Virus record (IMG/VR): IMGVR_UViG_3300032096_000018 | Coordinates: 1-54,391 of that record | Length of the DNA: 54,391 nt | Source of the DNA: a virus | Taxonomy: Duplodnaviria; Caudoviricetes | Strand: one strand, 5' to 3' | Shown: piece after piece, positions 17,728-24,957 of the stretch | Layout of the letters: each line of letters begins with the position of its first letter | Position numbering within the stretch: the first letter of the stretch is position 1 | Notes under the pieces: generated by a model | Told to the model about the DNA's origin: nothing | Database searches by the model: none | Seen by the model: the letters and a program-made list of their open reading frames with translations, nothing else | Translations under genes and position numbers: made by a program

Positions 17728-19360
17728 TCGTCAACTCCACTGGCGATTCGGCGATCCCCAGGCTGTACAGGCGCCCGGTGCCGCGCACTTCCAATTCCCA
17801 CGTCCGGCCGTGTCCGGCGGGTAGCCGCTTGGGCAGGCCGTCGGTGAAGGTGTAGGCGTGAATCAGCGAGCCGTCGCGGTACACGTCCACCTCGATCGGG
17901 TAGTCGTCGGCTTCGGCCCGCACGGTGGTAAACGCGACCGGCTCCGGCAAGGTGAAGCGCTTCGAGCGCCAGGTGTAGCCGATCGCACTGCCGCCGTCCC
18001 AGCGCTTCACGCGCCCGCCGATGCTCAGGTACAGGCCATCGTTGCGCAGATCCGCGTAACCGACATCGGCGTAGGTGTCGTGGAAAGCGAAGGTCTTGGT
18101 CGCCGGATCGAGCACAAAGCCGCCCTGCTCCGTACCGGTGTCGTAGAAGCCGTGATACTTGCCGTCGTGAACGTAGGCGTGGATCGACGCCGGATTGATC
18201 TCTTGCCACTGGCGACGCTCGAACAGCCCTTGGGTGATGAGTCCGGATCCGCCAGGGGAAAGCTGCACGAGGCCATCCGGCGAGGCGTAGATCACCGCTC
18301 CGCCCATCGAGACGATCGAGCGCTTGGAGACGCACGCTTGCTGAATGTCCGACTCCACGACGCTCATCGCGTCCGGCGAGCCGCCCTGGATGAAATACGG
18401 CGTGCCTTCGGTGAGCACTGCCAGCGTCGTGTCCATCGTGCCCAGGCCGACCACGGGGTAGCCGACCGACTGCATGTACTGAACCGGCCACGCGAACGGC
18501 CGGAATGGATCGGAGAAATACACGTCATGGCCGGAGAATCCGGCGAGCATTCCGCCGGCCATGCCCACCAGACCAACCAGATCATCTTTCGGCGGAAGCC
18601 AGGTCAGCGACGGGCACTCGTTGCCCAGGTCATCCGGCAACACGTCGTCGGTGTAGTCGAGCGTTGCCGCGTTGATCTCGGCGACATAGAGGTAGGTCGC
18701 GCCGCTCGATCCTGTGACGGACCGGTAGATCCGCTTCGCCACAATGTCGTGCGGCCCGGTAGGCGGTGCCGGCGTGCTCACGGTGACGGTCTGCCCGGTG
18801 GTGACTTCCACGATCGCCGCCGATGGCATGGGGCTTTCTTGGAACGGGGCCGACTCCTCGCCCCAGCCGTTGACCCAGGTGTAGGTGTAGACGCGCGTCT
18901 CGATCGTCTCGTCGGCGGCCGGGCCGCCGGAGTCGTTGGTGGCCGTGGGCGCCACGTCCGGCACGGGCAGGCCGAGCATGTAGCTCGAGGCCGGGTATTC
19001 CTCCGTGGTGCCGGCGAGCGCCAGGGCATTGTCGGTGGCCTTCGGGATGCCGTCGCCAGTCCAAAACGTGCGCTCGGTCACGTCGCCATTGATAAAGCCG
19101 CGCACCACGTCCACGTCGGCCGGCCAGTGGAACCAATAGTTGTCGTCGCCGGTGTAGTCCTGGCCGAATCGGTAGATCGTCTGAATCGTGCCGGTCTTGG
19201 CGAGCCCGGTCACGTCGGCCACGCCACGCATGCCCTCGAGCGGCCCGGCGGCGTTGAACACGCGCATGTTGCGCGCTTCCTGCGCCTGGCTGTTGGCGAG
19301 GTAGCGCGGTGGGGTCGCTGGGGCGACGCCGCCGAATTGTCGAAGCACGATTGCTGTCAT
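17720..19360 (-). CDS. Tail nozzle/stabilisation protein (546 aa)
   Basis: Beta-propeller-like repeats, YTYTWVNGWGEESAP, YFSDPFRPFAWP, ACVSKRSIV, YTWRSKRF; podovirus tail position. Confidence 0.7.
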   Translation of the reverse strand: MTAIVLRQFGGVAPATPPRYLANSQAQEARNMRVFNAAGPLEGMRGVADVTGLAKTGTIQTIYRFGQDYTGDDNYWFHWPADVDVVRGFINGDVTERTFWTGDGIPKATDNALALAGTTEEYPASSYMLGLPVPDVAPTATNDSGGPAADETIETRVYTYTWVNGWGEESAPFQESPMPSAAIVEVTTGQTVTVSTPAPPTGPHDIVAKRIYRSVTGSSGATYLYVAEINAATLDYTDDVLPDDLGNECPSLTWLPPKDDLVGLVGMAGGMLAGFSGHDVYFSDPFRPFAWPVQYMQSVGYPVVGLGTMDTTLAVLTEGTPYFIQGGSPDAMSVVESDIQQACVSKRSIVSMGGAVIYASPDGLVQLSPGGSGLITQGLFERRQWQEINPASIHAYVHDGKYHGFYDTGTEQGGFVLDPATKTFAFHDTYADVGYADLRNDGLYLSIGGRVKRWDGGSAIGYTWRSKRFTLPEPVAFTTVRAEADDYPIEVDVYRDGSLIHAYTFTDGLPKRLPAGHGRTWELEVRGTGRLYSLGIAESPVELTSG

Positions 19361-19749
19361 GCGAGTCCAAAACCCTTCATCAGTACCGCGCCAATCAGAA
19401 TCCCGGCGGCGGCCACCCCGACGCGCTCTATATTGCTGGGCTTCTTCGCCGACGCCTTTGCTGAGTCAATCGCCTCGGTCATGGTGGGGCGCTCCGCTTG
19501 CCTCAATCGCTCATCAAAAGAGTCCATTCGCGCATCAGCGGCATCCTGTCGCTCGCCAAGGCGTTTCTGATTCTCGTAGTGAGAAGTCAGCCGCTCCTCG
19601 TGCTTGGCTAGGTAGGTCATCGCCTCGGCGAGTTTGTCGAGCTTGCCGTCAAACCTGTCGTGCATTTCCTGCTGCTGCTGCGCGAGACTTTTCTGCCCCT
19701 CAACAAGCGTCTTGATCTGGTAAGCCAGAACTTCGTCACTCATCCCCAA
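19357..19749 (-). CDS. Coiled-coil protein with C-terminal transmembrane helix (lysis-cassette associated)
   Basis: Heptad-rich N-terminal part, C-terminal VGVAAAGILIGAVLM; start may be 19743. Confidence 0.6.
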   Translation of the reverse strand: MGMSDEVLAYQIKTLVEGQKSLAQQQQEMHDRFDGKLDKLAEAMTYLAKHEERLTSHYENQKRLGERQDAADARMDSFDERLRQAERPTMTEAIDSAKASAKKPSNIERVGVAAAGILIGAVLMKGFGLA

Positions 19750-20005
19750 TGCCCTTCGCCCATTCTTGGAGCGCCTTCTTGTCCCGATTCTGCTTCTTGA
19801 TTACCGACTTCAACCGGAGCGAGTAGTCGATCACGTCCTCGAACGTGCGCCCGGTGTAGTCCGGCACCGGCTCGACCTGCGTGAGCGAGGCCGGCGGGAG
19901 CCGGTAATCAACCTCCGTCGTCGTTACCGGGCTCTGTGCGCAAGAGGCGACCAATGGCATCGCCATGCTCAAGAGCCAGGCACGCGCGCTGTGCATCAGT
20001 CGCAT
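19736..20005 (-). CDS. o-spanin (Rz1-like lipoprotein)
   Basis: Lipobox LVAS-C, Pro-rich mature part, overlaps the 3' end of the i-spanin in another frame, RBS GAGGTGG. Confidence 0.75.
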   Translation of the reverse strand: MRLMHSARAWLLSMAMPLVASCAQSPVTTTEVDYRLPPASLTQVEPVPDYTGRTFEDVIDYSLRLKSVIKKQNRDKKALQEWAKGIGDE

Positions 20006-20273
20006 TGCGCACCACCTCGTCCAGTTGCTCGGAAAGCGCATCGAAGTGCGCATCAATGGCCGCCCGATCACGCCGGACGGCCGCCAGTTGTTCATCAGTG
20101 CGCCGGATCTCGGCGGCCAATGTATTCGCGCGCTCCTCGCTGGTCTTGACCGCATTGCGGAGCTCGGAGTTGTTCGCCTCGACCCGCTGGGCTTTCTGGT
20201 ATTGCCCGTAGGCCAACGCCCATCCGGTCACGATCAGGGCGGCAGCAGCGATGTAGAGCGACACGCGCATCAT
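19908..20273 (-). CDS. i-spanin (Rz-like)
   Basis: N-terminal TM helix (VSLYIAAAALIVTGWALAY) followed by a coiled coil and a C-terminal Cys. Confidence 0.75.
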   Translation of the reverse strand: MMRVSLYIAAAALIVTGWALAYGQYQKAQRVEANNSELRNAVKTSEERANTLAAEIRRTDEQLAAVRRDRAAIDAHFDALSEQLDEVVRNATDAQRACLALEHGDAIGRLLRTEPGNDDGG

Positions 20274-20506
20274 TTGCGCACCTTGCTCATGGCGTCCACG
20301 GCCGATGCGCCGCCGGAGTAGATCACCACGACGGTTGCGAGCGCCCACACGACCGATTGAAGCAGTGGGTTTGCGTGCTCCGGCGTGATCCCGGCGGCGG
20401 CTGCCCCAGCGATCACCCCAATGCCAGCAAGGGCGGCGTGCGCCTGCCGGCGTCGATTGCGCCACCACTTGGACGGATCGGGATGGTCGTTCGTGTTCTC
20501 GTCCAT
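20270..20506 (-). CDS. Putative holin (78 aa, two TM helices)
   Basis: MDENTNDHPD start, basic N-terminus, two hydrophobic segments; lies between endolysin and spanins. Confidence 0.6.
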   Translation of the reverse strand: MDENTNDHPDPSKWWRNRRRQAHAALAGIGVIAGAAAAGITPEHANPLLQSVVWALATVVVIYSGGASAVDAMSKVRK

Positions 20507-21036
20507 CACTCGCACCCCGGCACGTGTGTCAGGAACTCGGCCACGCGGCGAGCCCAGCCGTGCGCAAACACGGCTTGGCTGTGATCTCGCGTGATGAGTC
20601 GACCGTAGAAGATTGTTCGGTGGCCGATGATGCCGAGGAATGGCTTGGTGGGTGGCTGGCCGTTGGCGGCAGCCTTGGTGTTCGGGCCGAAACGACCGTC
20701 GATCTTTGCGCCGACGTACTTTTGCAGCCAGCGCGTCGCCCGGCGCGTGCCGTGATTGACGCCGCAATCCACGACGAGCTCACGCAGCCGGTAATTGGCA
20801 ATCTGGTCGAACCCCGGCCGGATGATGTAGTCGGCCCGGTAGATCGCGCGCGCCTCGTCCTCCTCGATCTCGAACAGGTCGGCGCATGTCAGCGTCTCGT
20901 CGTCACGCCACTCGCGAAAGCGCGGAAGCGTGATGCCGTACATCGTGCAACCGCCGCGGTCGGCGGCGTGATTCGCCTTGCCGCCCTCGCGCCGGATGAT
21001 GCCGTCGATCAGTTTTTCCGCCGGGTCTACGGACAC
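20506..21036 (-). CDS. Endolysin, glycoside hydrolase family 108 with peptidoglycan-binding domain
   Basis: REGG..NHAADRGGCTMYGIT, DCGVNHG, DGRFGPNT, FAHGWARR. Confidence 0.92.
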   Translation of the reverse strand: MSVDPAEKLIDGIIRREGGKANHAADRGGCTMYGITLPRFREWRDDETLTCADLFEIEEDEARAIYRADYIIRPGFDQIANYRLRELVVDCGVNHGTRRATRWLQKYVGAKIDGRFGPNTKAAANGQPPTKPFLGIIGHRTIFYGRLITRDHSQAVFAHGWARRVAEFLTHVPGCE

Positions 21037-21037
21037 G

Positions 21038-21066
21038 AAAACGCCCCACCAATGACTGATGGGGCG
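21038..21066 (-). terminator. Hairpin plus T-tract immediately before the endolysin start (terminator or RBS-occluding)
   Basis: CGCCCCATCA-GTCAT-TGGTGGGGCG-TTTT-C-GTG. Confidence 0.6.
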
Positions 21067-21074
21067 AGAATGGC

Positions 21075-21091
21075 GAAGCGGCCAGCTTTCG
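21075..21091 (-). promoter_or_regulatory. Repeated late-module motif, copy 2 (AAAGCTGGCCGC, 5 nt, CATTCT)
   Basis: Intergenic, upstream of the lysis cassette. Confidence 0.6.
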
Positions 21092-21096
21092 AGAAG

Positions 21097-21774
21097 CTAG
21101 GTAGCGACGAGGTATTGAACGGCCAATGCGGCACCGAAGAACGCGCCCACGATGTACTCGGCCAGGCCGGTGCCTTTGTAGCCACGGCGGCGCAGCCAGC
21201 CAGGCGCATTCCACCCCATCCAGTACACCGGGGCGAACAAGGCCACGCCGATGATGCCCGGCGCCAGCGCCCACCAGGAGGCGAAGGCGGTCGGGATTAC
21301 CAGCATCATCGGCAGGTAGTGCAACCCGCGAAGCGCCATGCCGGTGAAGTCGCGCCACCAGCGCCACGATGCCGGGCGCTCTCGTCCCTCGTTGTAGATC
21401 ACGTCGCCGCGCGCCGCGTGGATCGGGTGAATGCGGGCCTTGTCCATCGCCCACTGCGGGCCGAACACTTCCATCAGCACCCGATCAATCCACTCGACTT
21501 CTGGATCGTCGGACCAGCCGTCGCGCTTACGGGACAGGTCGAAGTACGATCCCCAGCCAGATACGGAGCCAAGCAGGTAGAGCGCGGCAAGGTAGAACGC
21601 CGGCAACGCGCCGATGAAAGGCCAAGCGATAAGGCCCACGATGGGTGTCACCAGCCAAAGGCTGCGCCCCAGGCCGAAGCGCGGCACTTGCGGCTTGAGT
21701 CCGCCGCCGCGAATCCGGTTGAGTAGCGCGCCAACGATGGCCGCCGCGAGGATAATCCCTGCTGTCTCGATCAT
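21097..21774 (-). CDS. Multi-pass membrane protein (225 aa), translationally coupled to the DGR RT
   Basis: Starts MIETAGIILAAA with an ATGA overlap on the RT stop; about 5-6 hydrophobic segments. Confidence 0.7.
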   Translation of the reverse strand: MIETAGIILAAAIVGALLNRIRGGGLKPQVPRFGLGRSLWLVTPIVGLIAWPFIGALPAFYLAALYLLGSVSGWGSYFDLSRKRDGWSDDPEVEWIDRVLMEVFGPQWAMDKARIHPIHAARGDVIYNEGRERPASWRWWRDFTGMALRGLHYLPMMLVIPTAFASWWALAPGIIGVALFAPVYWMGWNAPGWLRRRGYKGTGLAEYIVGAFFGAALAVQYLVAT

Positions 21775-22778
21775 GCCGCCTCCGCGATCTCGTTGAAAAT
21801 CTCCGCCTGCCCGACCCCGCCGCGGCAGTGCTTCATGTAGCCGGCGAAACTGGCCCACGAGGCGAGCAGCTTGTCGTGATCGCCCCGCTTGGCGATCGCC
21901 TTTAGCCTCACCCTCGCCCGCTTGACGTTGCTCTTGCGCGGGAGGATATGCGTCGTCCAGGTGCGGTAGCCGGCGAAGTCCACGCCTCGTGCCGCCGGGT
22001 AGACGGTGCTCTTGCGGTTGACCGTCAGGCGCAATTCCGCGTGCAGCCATCCCCGTAGATGCTCGAGCAGCGCCCACATGGCCGACTTGCTCGGCCCCAT
22101 GATGATCCAGTCATCCATGTAGCGCGCGTAGAAGCCAAAGCCGAGATCGTCGGTGACGTAGTGATCCAGGCTGTCCAGGTAGACGTTTGCGGATAGCTGC
22201 GAGGTGAGTGCGCCGATCGGGATGCCGGTGTCGCCATCGCCCTGCCCGTCGATGATCTGGCGCCATAGGCTCATCAGCCGCTTGTCGCCAATCACCCGCT
22301 CGAGCTTTCGCAGCAAGGTGGGCTGATGGATGCTGGGGAAGTAGCCGGCAATGTCGCCTTGCAGCACATACACATCGCCCCACTTGGCTTGCGCCCGCCG
22401 GAGCATGCGCTGCACGGCAAACACGCATTGATGCGTGCCCTTGCCCTTGCGGCATGCGTAGCTGTGGTCGATGAATCGGCGCTCGAAGTGCGGCTCGACG
22501 ACGCGGTGGATCGCGTGATGCACCACCCGGTCATGGAATGGCGGCGCCTCGATCAGCCGATGCTTGGGCTCGAATACCGGGAAGGCAGAGAACGGCGACG
22601 GCTCCCAACTACCCCACGCCAGGTGGTTATGCAGGTCCAGCACCCGTTCTTCCCATCGACGGTGAAACCGGGAAACGTCCGGCTTGTGGCGCTTGCCCTT
22701 GCGGGCATCGTGGTAAGCGGCAAGCAGGTTGTCCCAACTCACCACCTCGTCGAACAGCCCGTTCACCGTCTTCGGCAT
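21771..22778 (-). CDS. brt: DGR reverse transcriptase (335 aa)
   Basis: YARYMDD catalytic motif, GIPIGALTSQ (DGR-type GxxxSQ), FHDRVVHHA, SYACRKGKG, GVDFAGY; no maturase or endonuclease extension. Confidence 0.96.
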   Translation of the reverse strand: MPKTVNGLFDEVVSWDNLLAAYHDARKGKRHKPDVSRFHRRWEERVLDLHNHLAWGSWEPSPFSAFPVFEPKHRLIEAPPFHDRVVHHAIHRVVEPHFERRFIDHSYACRKGKGTHQCVFAVQRMLRRAQAKWGDVYVLQGDIAGYFPSIHQPTLLRKLERVIGDKRLMSLWRQIIDGQGDGDTGIPIGALTSQLSANVYLDSLDHYVTDDLGFGFYARYMDDWIIMGPSKSAMWALLEHLRGWLHAELRLTVNRKSTVYPAARGVDFAGYRTWTTHILPRKSNVKRARVRLKAIAKRGDHDKLLASWASFAGYMKHCRGGVGQAEIFNEIAEAA

Positions 22779-22940
22779 TTGCTCTCCATGTTGGGTGACG
22801 CGCCCACGTCCGGCTTTCGCCTACTTGCGAGCGAGTCGTCGCGTCTTTCGCCGGTCCGTGGCGCGGGCCAAGGCCCCGATTCCATTTAATCGCATGCGGG
22901 CGCCACCGTAATGGCATCCCGTCTGTAACGACTGCGTGAG

Positions 22941-23044
22941 TCGCAGGCAGCACGCACACCCGTATTGCTATTCACATTCCACGGGTTGTTGTTCAGATTG
23001 GCGCAGCGGGCGCCGGCCTCGGCGCCGTTGTTCCAGTTGCCGCC
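22941..23044 (-). repeat. DGR template repeat (TR), 104 bp
   Basis: Reads GGNWNNGAEAGARCANLNNNPWNVNSNTGVRAAC with 10 AAY codons; ungapped match to 23429-23532. Confidence 0.96.
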
Positions 23045-23394
23045 TACGGCCTTGGCCCTTTGGAAGAAAACCGCTTGATTAACCCGCCGATAATACGACC
23101 GATCTCCGAGATTTTCTCCGTGACGATCATTAATCGCCGGTTACTAATATACCGCATTTCATGCGAATGTCGAATGAAGTGGCGCAGATATTCCAGTTCC
23201 ATATCAGCCTCGAATAACCACTGCGTCTTGTCGCGCGACTTGTTCGCCCGAATGGTGTGCTTGACCAACTGATGCACGCTGTTCTTTATCTGGCTGCAAA
23301 GCGCAAACTTCTCCCGTTGCGGGAAACGATCGACCACTGGGAAAAGCCACTTGGCTAAATCATTCAGGCGGTCGTAAAGGGCAAAATCGCGCAT
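23044..23394 (-). CDS. avd: DGR accessory variability determinant Avd (four-helix bundle, 116 aa)
   Basis: FPQREKFALCSQIKN..EIGRIIGGLIK; basic; lies between target gene and TR. Confidence 0.93.
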   Translation of the reverse strand: MRDFALYDRLNDLAKWLFPVVDRFPQREKFALCSQIKNSVHQLVKHTIRANKSRDKTQWLFEADMELEYLRHFIRHSHEMRYISNRRLMIVTEKISEIGRIIGGLIKRFSSKGPRP

Positions 23395-23418
23395 AAAGAC
23401 AGATTATCAGATAACAGA

Positions 23419-24438
23419 TTACAGGGAATCGCAGGCAGCACGCACACCCGTACCGCTAGGCACAGTCCACGGGGTGGTGTACAGAGCGGCGCAGCGGGCG
23501 CCGGCCTCGGCGCCGAAGAACCAGTAGCCGCCGAAGATCATCCGCTTGAATTCGCCGCCGTACCACTGGCCGTGCTGCTGGGCAGAGTCCTTGCCCGTGT
23601 TGAGATCGTCTTTCCAGCCTGTGCCGCTCACTCGATCGTAGAACTGATCCAGCACTTGGTACAGGTTGCCCGCCGGCTGATCCAGCCCAAGGCACGACAC
23701 CGCGCCAAAACCATAACCCGCGTGGTCGCCCGTGTTCTGGCGCGCAGCCGCACCGGTCGCGCCTTCCGGCACCCCGTAGGCCCCGGCGATCATTTCGGCA
23801 TAGGTTGGGGTACGCATGCCGCTGTTTCGCAGCAAGCGGTCGTAGTCGTAGTAGGAGTAGCCCTCGGTCCCCGTCAGCGGCGCGGCGTTGTACGCGCTGC
23901 GGATGGTGGTGTCCGGCCAAGCAACCACGTCCTCGCTCATCAGGTAGATCGAGAGCCATACGCTGCCAGGGATGACTTCAACCATCCCAGTCGGGTCGCA
24001 CTTGGGGCGGTGCTTCACGTCCCACACGCTGTTGGGAATGATCTGCGTGGTCAGCGTGGCGGCGGCACTGTATGCATCTGCAATGGCGCGCACGCGGCCG
24101 TAGTGGAATCCGCCGATCTTGCGGGAGTTGTCGCTGGTGTAGCCGGTTGGCACGGTGGAGTTTTTCGATGCGACGATCTGCGCCACGCCGCTTGCGTGCT
24201 GGACGGCGTAGAGGTAAATGTCATCGCCCAGCGCCATCGTGGTGAACGAGCCATCGTTGTTCGATTCGGGGTTCCAGTTGGCTTGCGGCGCGAGCGTGTA
24301 GCCCATGCCGTTGCCGCCAATGTTCACCATGCCGCCGGGCAGGTTAAGCGTGTCGCCCGTGCCTTTCTCTACCTGGCCGAACAGCGAAACGAATCCGCCC
24401 GCCATCGCCGGGATGGCCGTCATGTCTCCTGCCGCCAT
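23419..24438 (-). CDS. DGR target protein, Mtd-like receptor-binding adhesin with C-type-lectin/FGE-like fold (339 aa)
   Basis: RKIGGFHYG, PNSVWD, DPTGMV, PTYAEM, AGNLYQ, GGYW..GARC..GVRAACD; VR at the extreme C-terminus. Confidence 0.9.
   Translation of the reverse strand: MAAGDMTAIPAMAGGFVSLFGQVEKGTGDTLNLPGGMVNIGGNGMGYTLAPQANWNPESNNDGSFTTMALGDDIYLYAVQHASGVAQIVASKNSTVPTGYTSDNSRKIGGFHYGRVRAIADAYSAAATLTTQIIPNSVWDVKHRPKCDPTGMVEVIPGSVWLSIYLMSEDVVAWPDTTIRSAYNAAPLTGTEGYSYYDYDRLLRNSGMRTPTYAEMIAGAYGVPEGATGAAARQNTGDHAGYGFGAVSCLGLDQPAGNLYQVLDQFYDRVSGTGWKDDLNTGKDSAQQHGQWYGGEFKRMIFGGYWFFGAEAGARCAALYTTPWTVPSGTGVRAACDSL
23429..23532 (-). repeat. DGR variable repeat (VR), 104 bp
   Basis: Encodes GGYWFFGAEAGARCAALYTTPWTVPSGTGVRAAC; 15 differences from TR, all at TR adenines. 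Confidence 0.96.
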
Positions 24439-24776
24439 TACGCTGCCCCCTCAATCTGCGAAATCATGTTCTCGACCTCGGCCACCGTCAGGCCAAGGCG
24501 GTAAATCCACGCGCTCGGGTTGTCCATTCGCTTGTACTGCGAAATGACGCTCGTTTCGTCGTCGGTCATTACGCGATAATCCGGCTCAGGCCCATCCGGT
24601 GATTCGCCGCTATTCAAATGCCGGTCGAAGAAATACGCGAATCGGTTGTCAATCAGGCCGTGCAGATAATTAAGCCCGCGCTCGATATTATCCGGCGTAG
24701 CCCATTCGCTGCCGAGATAACCCATGAGCAAATCAATGTCATGGCGCGTCTGTATGGTGCTGGGGTAGCCGTACAT
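24438..24776 (-). CDS. Hypothetical protein (112 aa), possibly a fibre-adhesin adaptor or chaperone
   Basis: Coupled to the DGR target by a TAATG overlap. Confidence 0.65.
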   Translation of the reverse strand: MYGYPSTIQTRHDIDLLMGYLGSEWATPDNIERGLNYLHGLIDNRFAYFFDRHLNSGESPDGPEPDYRVMTDDETSVISQYKRMDNPSAWIYRLGLTVAEVENMISQIEGAA

Positions 24777-24955
24777 TAGCGATCACCATTTGGAATAGAG
24801 CGGATGAACTGCTGGAACGAAAGTGGCGCACTGCCATAAAAGCTGCGCGGCGGGTCTTTGAATCCGCCCTGCTCCCAGCGACTAGCGCCAAACCACGGAT
24901 AGCCTGTTCGGTCGCCTTTATACGATGGGGTGTGGTTCTTGTTCTGGTTGTTCAT
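24776..24955 (-). CDS. Hypothetical protein (about 59 aa, MNNQNKNHTPSYKGDRTGYPWF)
   Basis: Fills the gap between the tail fibre and the 112-aa gene; start may be 24961. Confidence 0.5.
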   Translation of the reverse strand: MNNQNKNHTPSYKGDRTGYPWFGASRWEQGGFKDPPRSFYGSAPLSFQQFIRSIPNGDR

Positions 24956-24957
24956 TT

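Larger units (their letters stand above)
21771..24438 (-). mobile_element. Diversity-generating retroelement cassette: target(VR)-avd-TR-RT
   Basis: All four canonical components, in the same order as Bordetella phage BPP-1. Confidence 0.96.

Noticed and set aside
21771-22778. RT as a group II intron, retron or Abi RT
   Set aside because: Short RT with no maturase or endonuclease domain; the adjacent avd and A-specific TR/VR pair identify a DGR
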